Translations under genes and position numbers: made by a program
Notes under the pieces: generated by a model
What the model saw: the letters and a program-made list of their open reading frames with translations, nothing else
Databases searched by the model: none
What the model was told of the DNA's origin: nothing
Assembly: GCF_006345805.1 (NCBI RefSeq)
Contig: NC_043002.1
Span: 43,772,001-43,836,000, forward strand
Direction: 5' to 3'
Source: Octopus sinensis
Lineage: Eukaryota
Length of the DNA stretch: 64,000 bases
Part shown: positions 11,190-24,623 of the stretch, piece after piece
Layout: every line of letters starts with the position of its first letter
Position numbering within the stretch: the first letter of the stretch is position 1

Positions 11190-12230
11190 TTTGACACTAC
11201 ATCCCTTGTCTGTACCTTATGTCAAGATTTTGGTTCAGCTGGTGTCATGTATATCAGAATATCCAATTTTTTTTTTTTTTGAAGACTTCGATATCCACAT
11301 TATATAGGTTTCTTAACTCTTTCTGTAGCTTTTTGAACCCCAAGCTATTGCAGTACTGGGTCTTAGATTTAGCTGGAGTGGACAGTACCTTTGATTTTTG
11401 GCACTGGCATCCAGTACTGGCATTTGTATAACACTTGATGCTGAAGTTAAATACTAACCCTTTTAGAATTTTCCACCTGTAAATTATTATATCTCTCACA
11501 TCTTCACTTTAGGAAGTTAAGTCATAGTTTTTCAGTCTCTCCCAGTAAGTTCATCTGCTGCCCTGTGACAATTTTTTCAGCTTCAAACTCCACTGTTTGT
11601 TTGACACTATACGGTGATCACAGCTAAGAGCAAATAGTCCAGGTGGCTGAGAAAAAAGGTCTTCAAACAGGATGAACCATGAGTTCTTGGTCTCTTGTCC
11701 TGAAGGACTTGAGTATTCATCCTGCAATCAAAGTTACACTGCAATCAAAGTTACTGCAATCTCAGAGTCATGGACAATGAAAGACTTGGAGATCAATGTG
11801 TAATGATGCATCATTTCATATATGCATCATTACATATACTACTTCCCAAGTCTTTCATTGTTTGTGACTCTGGGATTGCAGTACCTTTGTGTCTTGGGTA
11901 TGCAGGCTGTAGTACATTTGTGAGCTGATATTACGATGCTTGAAGTTTCCGGGCATTTAACTGCATATGCTTTTGTTTTAGCCCACCTCTATGTTGCATA
12001 TTGTCAAGGCTTCTTTATTGCCTGTAATAATTTTTTACCATCGGCATATCTGATAATAGGTGCAGGCTGGTTGTGTGGTTAGAAGTTTGCTTCCCAACCT
12101 CATTGTTCCAGGAATGGCTCCAGGATAGTTTCTTGGAGGACTCCACTTGGAATTTGTATTACCCTAGAGAGGGCAACATTAGCTGCTACTGCAGGAGTTC
12201 TATCTTTTATGATGTTATATAGCCACTCTA
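11190..12230 (-). mobile_element. Decayed CR1/jockey-like LINE (RT and C-terminal fragments)
   Basis: Minus-strand SGVLQETILEP (SGVPQGTVLGP-like), RYADGKK (YADD-like), MKDLG, and IIIYRWKIL...LRNLYNVDIEVFKKK. Confidence 0.75.
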
Positions 12231-12260
12231 CATGACACTGTAGATTTGATTTCCAGTTTG

Positions 12261-12350
<90 letters not shown>

Positions 12351-12587
12351 TTAGGGAATAGATTATTATTCCAACCTTACAGGTAAAATTCAGTATAATA
12401 ATATAATATATCGAATTTCGTAATATATAATATATGTATATCACTAATGTAGAGACGAGCCACCATTCCACAACTCAGTCAATGAAGAACCCATCCAAAA
12501 CCATGCTATGAGACATATACCATACAAAATACTAATCTAAAATTTTAATAATATATAATATTGAACAGTAAGATTAATACAATCATA

Positions 12588-13521
12588 TCTCTCTCTATAT
12601 AAACGGCAGTTTGTCTGTCTGTGTGTCTGTCAGGTTGTACCCTCACCCTGACCATGGCTTTCAACCGATTCTGATGAAACTTGACACACACATAGCCCAA
12701 TGTCATAATTCAAAACTAACGCAGCGAAAATTTTGAAAAGTTCGCCCAGTTCTGAAAAAATCGATAAATTCGACATGGGGTTGAGAATCTAAGCTTTTTA
12801 TATGTAACATATTTTCTGTTTTAGTTTTCGCAACTTGCAATTGATTTTCACCAAACTCATGGTGAAGCTTAATGTTACCCTAAGAAACTTAATTCTGACG
12901 TTAGTTTTCCATGCAATACCTTACCATCAGAAAAAATTGATAAAATCATGCCATTTTGGGAAATCGCGTTCAAATTCAAGATGACATATTTTCGACAATA
13001 TCTTTCACAAATTGCGTCCCCTAGACAGTCTGTGGTTTGTGTTTAATACACAAATCGGTTTGCTATGTGTGCTACATATAATTTAATTAACCGATTTTTT
13101 CCAATAATAAAGTATCCTATTGGAATAAAAAGGGCCATATAGCTCCTTGGAGCAGACATGATGCTCGCTGTGAATTTAAAAAGAACTTCAGGCATTCTCA
13201 GTTTCTTGTTGAACTCTGCTTCGCAATGTCCATCAATAAATCCCAAGGCCAAACGCTACAAGTCGCTGAGTTACATTTGGGCGAACAGTGCTTCGCCCAC
13301 AGTCAACTCCACGTGGGCTGTTCACGCGTTGGGAGGTGCAATGATGTTTTCATGTTTTAACCCAAAGGGACAACTAGGAACATCGTATACACAGAAGTAT
13401 TCGAGTGAAGAAAAGACATTGCAACCTACACATGCGCCTTCGTTCCCTAGAAGGGAAAGGACTAGATTGGGATTAGTTGTTGCCTACTAGGGGCTCTTAC
13501 ATATCCGGGCTATGCTGCTAG
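12588..13521 (+). mobile_element. Helitron, internally deleted, retaining the PIF1-like helicase C-terminus
   Basis: a|TC start and CTAG|t end. 13193-13408 translates to HSQFLVELCFAMSINKSQGQTLQVAELHLGEQCFAHSQLHVGCSRVGR...*PKGTTRNIVYTEVFE*. Confidence 0.9.
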
Positions 13522-13789
13522 TAATATATAAGAGCAAATACTTTAAAAATCACAGCAAATACCATACAAAGAAACATTCATCATAAAGATATCAATCTAA
13601 AATCAAATAAAGTATATATTGAACAATAAAAATTAATACAATAATATAATGTATAAAGTACGTACTTGTACATCGACTACGCTCATTTCATGGCTGCATT
13701 AGGACTATATAAAATCATATAAGCAAACCATCTCATTTTAACATATATTTATCGCAATTATATGAAAATATCTTCAAATAAAGTAAATT

Positions 13790-14941
13790 TTTTCAGTAAA
13801 ATTGCCATTGGCTTCAACCACAGCCTCCAGATGACTTCGGAATCTCCTGCAGCTCTTCTGGACGGTCTCTTTGTTTAAGATGGTGAATGCTGTTACAATC
13901 CTTGATTTCAGTTCATCTTTGGTGTTACAAAGAGTTTTGTTGGTCTCTCACTTAACTGTGCCCCACACATAATAATCAAGGGGTTTGCAGTCTGGGAAGT
14001 TAGGTAGCTGGATGTTAGGGGTTATGTGGTCACAGAAATTGTCTGACAGCCATGACTGGGTTCTGCTTGTGTGGCATGGTACAGAGTCCTGTTGCCAGAC
14101 ATATGATCTTCCAGCAGCACTACCTCCTCAAGGTACTTGATGAAGGCCTCCATGTTGAGTCTGAGGCCGTGTGAGAAGATGAATGGAAGCATAACATTGC
14201 CATCACTAGTGATCATTCCAAACACCATGATGTAGGCTTTTGATTTTTGTTACTCTCGGTACATGTTTTGGGGACATAGCAAGCCAGTAGTTGTTCTGTG
14301 TGTTCACCATCTGATCCTGACAGAAATTTTTCTCATCTGAGAAAAACCAGAGCATGTTCAGTTGGAGGGGATACTGGAGTCTGTTCAGAAGTTTCGTAGT
14401 GCAGTCCTTCCTTTTGTCCTTGATGGCTTGGGATAAAAATTGGCCATTTCTTATCTTGTATGACGAATACCGAATGTCTTCATGCACTGCCTGCCTGCCT
14501 GATAAGAAACTCAGACACTCCCATGTCCCAGGCAATGAAACTGATTGACTTGGAAGGATTGTTGTCAATCATGGCCTAGATTTCACCAACAAATTCAGGA
14601 GTTCTTTTCTTATCAGAAAGATCAGAGTGAGTTTTCTAAGCTGCCATATCTTCATAATCACTATTTGGCTCATCCAACTCTTTCTGAATCCTCTGCACTA
14701 TCCACAGATTGACATCCAAACACCTTGAAATATTCATATTGTAGCTTCTGGCATAAATGCCATGCAGTACAACATGCCGTTTCCAAATTTCTAGCAGAGT
14801 GAATTGCGTCATGGTGCTGTTCTTCTCACAGATGGTGCCCAACTGACCCTACTATACTACTGTGTAGTCAACAAAATCAAAAACAGTGTGCATACGTGAA
14901 ATTAAAAATATAAAATGGTGACAATTTATCAATCGCACCCT
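13790..14941 (-). mobile_element. Tc1/mariner transposon remnant, maT/DD37D-like
   Basis: FFSDEKNF, WQQDSVPCH, PNFPDCKPLDYYVWG with frameshifts. One TIR (cagggtgcgattgataaattgtcacc) ends at ccctg|ta; the other end was not found. Confidence 0.85.
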
Positions 14942-16879
14942 GTATATATATATATACATATAAATGTATGTATTTATGTGTGTATATATATATGTGTGTG
15001 TGTGTGTGTTTATATGTGTGTACATATACATGTATGTATGTGTATGTATATATGTATGTGCACATACATGTATGATTGTTTTTGTGTGTGTGTATATATA
15101 ATACAATTTGATACAATGGCCTCCTACACAGTTTCTGTTTACTAAATTCACTCACAAGGCATTGATTGATTGGTTGGTCATTGGCCTGAAGCTATAATAG
15201 AAAGCACTTAAACAAGGTGCTGCAGAGTGGGTCTAAACCCCAAACTTTATGGTTGCAAAGTGAGCTTCCTAATCACATGGCCATACCTTACTTCACTTGT
15301 GGCATTTCTTTTTTCCCTTTACTATTACATACAATTTGCTGCCTTTTACTCTCAGATCGGTATGAAGTTCCCACTGTTCTGACTTTTGTGATTAATATGC
15401 TAACCCAGCTCATTGATAGCTTTTATTTGAACCAAGCTCCTAACCCTTTTCACTCTAGGTAAAAAAAAAAAAAAAAAGCTTTTACGGGGATTTGCTCCAT
15501 GCATATTGGAGTTGTATGCTGGTATTTGTATCCAATTATTGTATCTTACTAAGGTTCTAGTTAATAATATTGAAGCTACACGCTTCAGTTAGGGTGGAAA
15601 TTGCATCGATAGCCTCTTTGTATTTAAAATCATTTCACAGAACTCACTAAATCCTCCGGCGAAATCGTTTCCTAATAATTATCCTCTTCTGCTGCCTTTC
15701 TACTTTATTGTTCACTGAGTGTGAATGTATTGTGCTTGTTATTATTTATTATGAAAGGTTTTGATTTTAAAGGTTGTTAGCAGGCATGTAATTATTTATT
15801 AGCTGCCTGCCAGCCACTTTTAAAATTAAACCTCCTGTCGTTGTCATTATCATCATCGTCATCATTGTCATCATCATCATCATTGTTATCATCATCATAG
15901 TCACATGCGAGTTTCTACTGAGCCATCAGGTGTACCTTTGCGCTCTTGAAATATTGCTTTTTTGTTTTTCTTTTGTTTTGTTTTTTTTTGTTGTTTTTTT
16001 TTTTTAATACGTGGGATGGTATTTTTACATTACATCATTTAATCTGTTGTGGCGGTTTGTGTTGCTGTTGTTTTTGTTACTACTTCAGTGCTCAGAATAT
16101 TTTCGTTTGTGACTTGCATTAAAGAATTACAGAGGTGGCGATTGCACAGAGTTTGCATTTGTGTAAAATTGTGGCGATTGAGTGGACTCTGTGTTGTTGA
16201 GGTTGGTTTGTAACTTTGGGGCAGTAATTGTATAAAGGTAGATACCATGTAACAATTATGGGAATTGATTGATTAGATTACATATTGTGCAAGGTGAGTG
16301 TCATTGTATAGCCACAGGTGATCACTGATGATGGAATGGGTTTCACCTGCGATGAGCCCATATTTTTAGATGTACACTTAAGATCGCATTATTCAATGTA
16401 TCATTTTCTTATTTAAAACTGACTGTAGGTGGTGATTTGAGAGAGATTTAGCTGCTGTTTCTAACATTTCACATGACCACATAGGGGTTTCCTTGTTATT
16501 TTATTGATTGGCATTTGGATATGTATATAAGCTGTGTTATGGTATAGGTAGCAACTGTACTATTATCATTGTTGTTCAACCCATACCAGCATGGAAAACA
16601 GACAAAATGATGATGAGGATGAACTGCAATGTGTTTAGCAGTATGCCCCACGATAGAGTTTTTGTTATGTTTTTGATTATGTTGTTGTTTATTATACCCA
16701 GCCAAATGTTTATTATTAGTACTAGTTTAACTCTCATACCCTGCTTCTTGTCTTAATTTCAAGATTCTTGTACTTAATTATTTTACTGCCTCATTTTTGT
16801 GCCATCTTCTGCAAAAAAGGAATCTCACCTCCACCCTTGTTCATCATTCATTGCATTCGCTCCTACTCTCATTACTTAT

Positions 16880-17110
16880 TTCTTTATTGCCCACAAGGGG
16901 CTAAACATAGAGGGGACAAACAAGGACAGACAAAGGGATTAAGTCGATTACATTGACCCCAGTACATAACTGGTACTTAATTTATCGACCCCAAAAGGAT
17001 GAAAGGCAAAGTCGACCTCGGTGGAATTTGAATTCAGAACATAACGGCAGATGAAATACCGCTAAGCATTTCGTTTGGCGTGCTAACGTTCCTGCCAGCT
17101 TACCGCCTAA
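16880..17110 (-). mobile_element. tRNA-derived SINE, family C
   Basis: Minus strand reads ggcggtaagctggcaggaacgttagcacgcc...gaggtcgactttgcctttcatcc. Other copies at 19830-20010, 24940-25300 (two), 35710-35920, 38890-39070, 50420-50605, 52990-53217 (all -) and 54700-54905 (+). Confidence 0.88.
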
Positions 17111-19242
17111 TCTCATTTCTAACCAACTCTTGCCCTCCCATCACACTCTTATGAAACTATTCACCTGCTTTTTCTTCTCCTGATCCATTGTCCATATTGT
17201 CTCTTATGCTCATTTACTTGTACTTTAAGGGTAGCTCTGGCTCCCCATCACTAAAATCTTTATCTTTTTCCCAGCTACTCCCACCACAGCTTTATATAAA
17301 GAGGGACAGCCAAGTATACCCTCAATAGCAAGACACCTATCCTTGTTCCTCTATTATACTTTAGCTCTTCAACATCTGGCATAAAACCACTTCCTCCTTT
17401 GAAATACTCCTCCCTGCCATCAACTTCTTCGGTGGGGATTTCTTTTCCAGTCTTACAACTTATTTGGGTGACCTCACAAGTGCCAGTGGTGCAAAAAAAA
17501 ATGAAAGAAAACCCGCCATGCTCCAAGTTAACATCCTAATCGTTACTAAGAACCTTTAAGTGAAAATTAAAGATAAAATTTTTGCTTTATACCTCATGAT
17601 GATTATCTGACCTACCCCTGTTGATTTTTATATCAAAATAAAGCAGAAAAAGCCCTCTTCATGAGCATTGAATAAGAACTGCTGTTCATGAGTCGAAAAA
17701 GAAAAAAAAAATGCTACAAACTTTGTGAATGGGTGGGAATTACCAGGCTGATTGAGAGGTATTCTGGCATCATTATTCTGTTATTCTGGCATGATATGTG
17801 TCAGATTTTAACCAAAACTATATGAGAAGAAAGTCCACATCCAGAATTTTCAAATGGCATATAATTTTCTATGAGAAAAAGATTTGACATGAAAATAATC
17901 AAGCAAATAGTGTGGTTTTGCACTGTCAATCTGTACTTGCCTCCCTTCCATGGCACTCTGTAGTGATACCTACTCTTATACCAAGTTTGATTCATATGCC
18001 ATTTTGTTACATGTCAAGTATTAGTATCTAGCCCAGTGAACTTTGCTGCTTAAGCAGCCAAAAGACTGGACAGCCAGAATGATAGGGTTAGTTGTTTCTT
18101 TGTACTTTTTGCTGAAAGCATTGCTCTTGAGCAACAGCTAAAATCAATTTCTGCTTTTAGTTCAAAGCTTATTTTTCTCGTTTTTTTTTCTTTCCTGAAC
18201 TGACAAGTTCTGCAGGATAATTCAAGACATTTTCTTGAGTTTTCTTTTTATGTATTTTGCTGCTCCATTTTGAATTGCCTTAGATTTCTTAACTATCTCT
18301 GTTCTTTTCTATCATTATCAAAATCTTTCTCTTCAACATAATTAGCTTCATAGTTTGTACTTTAAGGAAAAGTTATTTTTATTGTTCATGTTCACTTATC
18401 AGTGTTCTATCCTTTTGCTTGATTCTTTTACTTTTTATGGCACTATTTGTTCCAAGTCTTTGTATTCCGAGTTCAAATTCTACTGAGGCTAACTTTTCTC
18501 ATCCTTCCTTTCAGAGTCCTTAAACTTTTAGCATTCAGATTACTGTCAAATGTAATGCTTATTTATTCACATTGTTTTGAATTAATCATGCACTGCCTCA
18601 TAGCTTCAAGATGTCAATGATATGATTGTTTATTTTCAGAATGACATTTTAGGGTAGATGGGATAGGTGTTATCATAAAACAGAATATTTGAGCCATGTA
18701 TAGTGAAAGAACTAAAATAAAGCATCAGTACTGGTGTTGATTTAATCAACTTATTCTTTATCTCAATTTCAGGCCTTGGGTTTTTATCAGAAATAATTAT
18801 TAAGGTGGAAGTCTTCATCATCATCACCATCATCATTTAATGTCTGCCTTCCATGCTGACATGAATTGGACAATTTGGCAGGAGCCAGCCCATGCAGAAG
18901 CCTGCACCAGACTTCTGTGTCTGTTTTGGCATGTTTTTATGGCTGGATGTCCTTCTTAACATCAACCACCCCACAGAATAGGCTGAGTACTTTTTACATG
19001 GTACCAGCACAGGTGAGGTCAGTTTTGGCATGATTTTTACAGCTGGATGCCCTTCCAAATGCCAACCACTTTACAGTGTGGACTGAGTGCTTTTTATGTG
19101 GTAGAAGCACTGGCAGGGTCACCAAGTAACTTTGCAAGACAAGGAATCTTTGAGAGGGGAGGGGGCATTGGAGGTGGTGATCTTGTGTCAGATGATGAAA
19201 GGTTAGAGTGTGACAGAGAGACAGAGATAAATTGATGTTTTA

Positions 19243-19688
19243 CTGTAGTGTAGGTACCTGGCTACCCAGCCAGAGAGAGAGAGGAGAGAGAAAGAACAGG
19301 AGAGAAAGAGAGAGAGAGAGGGGGGAGAGAGAAAGAACAGGAGAGAAAGAGAAGAGAGAGGAGAGAGACAAGAGTTAAAAAGAAAGAGGGCAGGAACAGG
19401 TGTGCTGCATTATGGGAGATACAGGGTTACCTAGCTGAGTAACCATGTATCTCCTCTTCAGCAGCACACCTGTTTCTGCCACATTTTTGATCACTCTCCT
19501 TTTCTTTCTTCCAGCTAGGTATCCCTGTATCCCCTTTAATGCAGCACACCTGTTCCTGCCCTCTTTCTTGTTAACTCTCTGTCTCTCTCTCCCCTCTTTC
19601 TCTCCTGCTCTTTCTCTCTCCCCCTCTCTCTCTTTCTCTCCTGCTCTCTCTCTCTCTCTGGCTGGGTAACCAGGTACCTACACTACAG
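19243..19688. repeat. Inverted repeat with purine/pyrimidine-biased arms and a third internal arm
   Basis: ctgtagtgtaggtacctggctacccagccagag... pairs with ...ctctggctgggtaaccaggtacctacactacag. The inner segment 19439-19480 also complements 19389-19430. Confidence 0.9.
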
Positions 19689-20418
19689 CAAACGGTAATG
19701 ATGATGGCATTGATGATGGTGGCGGTGTTGATGGTAATGACGATGATGTCATTGTTGCTATTATTTAGTTGGGGAGAATGCTAGAAATAGCAACCTGATA
19801 GATCACATGTTTTATAATATTCTTTTCTACACAAGGCCCGAAATTTTGGGGGAGGGGGGCATGCAATTAGATTAACTCCAGTATGCAACTGGTACTTATC
19901 AACCCCGAAAGAATGAAAGGCAAAGTTGACCTTAGCAGAATTTGAACTCAGAATGAAATACTACTAAGCATTTTGCCCGGCGTGCTAACATTTCTGCCAG
20001 CTCGCTGCCTAATATTAAATGATAAATGAGTTAGTAATGATCGTTTTCCTGTAAGACTTGAAATTTTAATTAGAATTACATTCTGAATGACAAGAAGTGA
20101 AGGGAAACAACAGTTTTGATTTATAAAAATTAATCAAATATGAAATGCAGTTAAGATAATGATTCTGATCTTTAGCAGAATAGGCACATCTAATATAAGT
20201 GAAACATGCCTGGGGTTGTCATCAAACTGTTGAACATCCAGCTCATCCCTCCCTACATTCCATCATCATCATTATCATCCACTTTCCATGCTGGCATGGG
20301 TTAGATGGTTTGACTGAGGACTGGCAAGCCAGAAGGCTGCACCAGGCTCCAATCTGATCTGGCAGGGTTTCTACAGCTGGATGTTCTTCCTAATGTCAAC
20401 CACTCCAAGAGTGTAGTG

Positions 20419-20720
20419 GGTGCTTTTTATGTGTTACTGGCACAGGAGCCAGTCAGAGGGCACTGGCATTAACCATGTTCAGATGGTGCTTTTTATGTGC
20501 CACTGACACGGGAGTCGGTCAGGGGGCACTGGCACTGGCTATGTTCAGATGGTGCTTTTTATGTGCCACTAGCATGGGAGCCAGTCAGGGGGCACTGGCA
20601 TCAACCACGTTCAGATGGTGCTTTTTACATGTCACTGGTACAGGGAGCCAGTCATGTGACACTAGCATCAATCCACGCTTGAATGGTGCTTATTATGTGC
20701 CACCAGTATGGGTGCCTGTC
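20419..20720. repeat. 66-bp minisatellite, about 4.5 units, inside a family D retroposon
   Basis: ggtgct starts at 20419, 20485, 20551, 20617 and 20685. Confidence 0.9.
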
Positions 20721-22952
20721 AATTAATTTTAATTAGAATTTAGGTATTGTCTCCCCTACCTTTCTTGATCAGAATCAGTTATTTAAATAATGATTGGTGT
20801 TCTTATCATTAATGATGTAATTTTAAATCAATTAAATTTCTGGACTTACATAATCAAGTACAATAGCATGTACTTTATTAAGTTTTCATACTTCAAGCGT
20901 CCCTCTGCTTTTCCCCTGGCCACCTCTTTCTACATTCCAAGGTGAAATCCTTCCAGGGTTAACTTCATCTTTTTACTCATTCAGAACAATGACATGCACC
21001 AATCATGCATGGAGTTGATTCAAGCAGTTATACTCCTTTTCTACAATTATGCAACTGGTCTTAGAAAACATTTCACTATTAATTTTGTTATATTATGCCT
21101 TCACTGTATCATTAAGCACCACTCCATGTGACTTGGGTGTGTGCAATCTTTCACTAGCTTCAGTCATTAGACTGTGGTCATGCTGGAGCACTGCCTTGAA
21201 AAGACGTTTAGTTGAAGAATCGATCCCAGAACTTTTTTTTTTCTTTTTAAAGGTTGGTAGTTATTCTTTCAGTCTCTTATGCCAAACTGCTAAGTTACGA
21301 AGACATAAACACACCAACACCGGTTGTTAAGCAGTGGTGTGGGACAAATACAGGCACAAAGACACTTGCATGCACACATATATGTATATGTGCAATGGGC
21401 TTCTTTCAGTTTCCATCTACCAGACCCACTTGCAAGGTATCATGCAGTGGGACTGAACCCAGAATCATGAGGTTGTGATGCAAACTTCTTACCACACAGC
21501 CACACCTGTATCTGCAATGTTGTTTTTTTTCTGTTTCTGTTTTATTTGGAGTACTCTTTATAATATACATTCAATGACTATTGTTATCTTTCATTTTTTT
21601 TTTTATTTTACTTGTTTCAGTCATTGGATTCTGGTCATGACCAGAATCAAATGACTGGTCTTGAAGGGTTTTGGTTGGACAAATTGACCCCAGTATTTAT
21701 TTTCTAAAGTCCAGTTCTTATTGTATTGATCTCTTTTTGCCAAACTGCTGGGTTACTGGAACACAAACTAACCAACTCTGCTTGTTAAGCAATGGGATGG
21801 GGGGGGGGGGCAAAGACAACAAACATACACCCCCCATCACATATATATATGTAGAGAGAGAGAGAGATACACATATAGATACATGAAGGCAGTGATGTTG
21901 ATAAACAGGATTAGGCTTGATATATAAATATACATATATACATACAGATACACATAAAGATATAGAGATATGTATAGATGCAAAGAACTAAATATATTCA
22001 AATGATAAACATATATATACTAGCATATAGATATTTACATATATAAACAAATAAAGTTATGCTTACTAGGAGCATAAACAATACAGAATGCTAAAAAGAG
22101 AATACCTATATATATATATATATATATATATGAGCTTCTTTTTCAGTATTGTCTATCAAATCTAACTCACAAGGCTTTCATTGGCCCAAGGCTATAGCAG
22201 AAAGTACTTACCCAAGGTGCCATCCACTGGGACTGAACTCGAAACCACGCAATTGGAAAGCAAACTTTTTACCACATAGTCACATCTGTGCCTACTTTAT
22301 AACACAAATTTGCATGCTAACTGGCTATTTCCTAAATGTCAGTATATAAATCTTGAGCTTTTGTTCATATAATTGTGTTTGCCTATTATTCTCGGAGTTG
22401 TTTCTGTTTCAAATCCTCACAATGTGAACTTCTCTATATCCACACTTTTATATTTGATTAGTTTTTTTGATTTCAGATATATCTAATATATTTTGTATTG
22501 TCCTCTTTCTTTAGATTTGATTCGTCATTTAGACAATAATGTTAGATATTTGCCTTAAACTCTCTCTCTCTCTCTCACTTACTTTCTCTGTTTGAATCAG
22601 TATTATCTCTTTGCTGAAATTGTTTGCACTGCATGACTCTTTAAATAATGTTATGTCTGTTGAGATAGCCAGAACTAATGTAACTGATTGTTTCTTTCTT
22701 CACAATCTCCACACATTCTGTGGTTATAGGCCAAATCTACTTGTAAGTTGTTTTGTATAACAATGCTGAGAACAACGTAACAACTTAATTCATATCTGAT
22801 AATTTGTAATATACATACATCATCATCATTTAACATCCGCTTTCCATGCTGGCATGGGTTGGATGGTTTAACATGGAGCTGGCAAGCAGGGAGCTGTCCA
22901 GACTCCAATTGTCTGTTGTGGCATGGTTTCTATGTCTGGATGCACACCTTAA

Positions 22953-23174
22953 CCCTTTTATTACCAACCTGGCCGAAACTGGCTCTGGCTCTGTAGTACA
23001 AATATCTTGTTTTCATAAGTTCTGAATTAAAATCTTCCGCTAAACCTTAGTCACAATTTATGTTCTTAACACTAGCTTAATGACAACTAAGTTATTTCAC
23101 TAAATTCTTTGTTATATTTAAAATTGATTGAAAGAAACACAGAGTATCTCAAAATAAATACGGTAACGAAAGGG
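22953..23174. mobile_element. piggyBac-type MITE
   Basis: TTAA|cccttt...aaaggg|TTAA, cleanly interrupting a family D element (ggatgcacacc ttaa...ttaa tgccaacca). Confidence 0.85.
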
Positions 23175-23479
23175 TTAATGCCAACCACTTGATAGAGTGT
23201 GCTGGGTGCTTTTTAAGTGCCACCGGCATAGATATATGAAGACAGTAATGCTAATAAACAGGATTAGGCTTGGTACATAAAAATACATATATACATACAG
23301 ATTATATATAAATATATAAAAAGATATGCATAGATACAAATAGATACAAATTTCTGCAAAAACTTATGAGGTAGTGCATAGGTAGTGGTGCAGAAGAGAG
23401 ATAATGAGGACTGTTGAGGAAATTCAGTGAATTTGGAAAAAGAAAGACATAGATAATTCATTTAATCAATGTATTTGAT

Positions 23480-24250
23480 CAACTGTGGAGAGATCATCAT
23501 TCAATACTTTTCGTTTCTGTTCTTTCATCTGATTGGACGATTCTTGAGCATATTGCCATCCATTTTGTCATTTTCTCTGTGACATTCCAAATTCTGGGGT
23601 CTGATCCTCTATTTTCCAAGTCCTTCTCTGTTAGGGTATCTTCCATTGTTGATCACCCAATTTATTTACATATCAAACCTGTATCTGTTCAGTGACCCCC
23701 TGCCTCCTGAATTCATCAGCTGGTCTTCCGTTATTCTTTGCCTTTCACACAGGAGAATATTACCCTTCTGATAGATCAGATTTGGCCCATTTCTTTCCAC
23801 TCCCTACAACTCTTCCATTAATTAGGTTATTATCTAAGTAACCAACTATTAACTATAACTAGTGATCTGCCTGTGTAAGATCATTGTCTGCTCCTACTTC
23901 TAAACTATTCCAGTTAATTTGTGCATTGAAAGTCTTAGTCCAATCTCAGTGTATATCAGTTGTCTACATATTAATCTTGTCCGCTTCCAGATGGTTTAGA
24001 AATTCTGTCTTCTGTTTCTAATTAGCATTTAACTTTTTGTCCTGTTGACTTTGAAAACTCCAGTCTGTAGGCTGTTCTTCCTGGTTTAGCACTTGGCTGC
24101 TTTTTCACAGGTTCTGCAAAGTAACTAGATCATCAGCATTTAATAATTCCCAGGAACATTGACTCTTAAATAGAAGAGTGCTGCTTACTGCTCATATGTA
24201 CATGGCTTCAAAAGCTGTTTTCACCATATCATTTGTCTACACCTTAATTT
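23480..24250 (-). mobile_element. Possible highly decayed CR1/L2-like LINE fragment
   Basis: Only weak minus-strand motifs (EKDL, KTAF-like). Confidence 0.25.
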
Positions 24251-24623
24251 TTATAGCACTTGCTAACATGAAACCTTATTAAAGACTTTCTCTAGATTTA
24301 TAAACGTAAAAAGCACCCACTACACTCACGGAGTGGTTGGCATTAGGAAGGACATCCAGCTGTAGAAACACTGCCGGATCTGACTGGAGCCTGGTGCAGC
24401 ATCCTGGCTTCCCAGACCCCAGTCGAACTGTCCAACCCATGCTAGCATGGAAAACAGACGTTAAAAGATGATGATGATGAATTAGCATATAATAACACAT
24501 ATGTATGTGTGTAAAAAGTTGGAGTGGTTTCCAAAAACATTTCTAATGCTGATTCTTCATACTTTGCTGAGAATTTACTGGTGTAAATTGGCATAGATAT
24601 GAAAAGTTGTATTAGTATATTAA

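Noticed and set aside
16270-16400. aag|gtgagt donor and a nearby VITDDGMGFTCDEP reading frame
   Set aside because: The donor and acceptor are too close to form an intron, and I see no recognisable homology or partner exons.
20419-20720. Regularly spaced repeats as a CRISPR-like array
   Set aside because: The whole unit repeats with no unique spacers, and the context is a eukaryotic retroposon.
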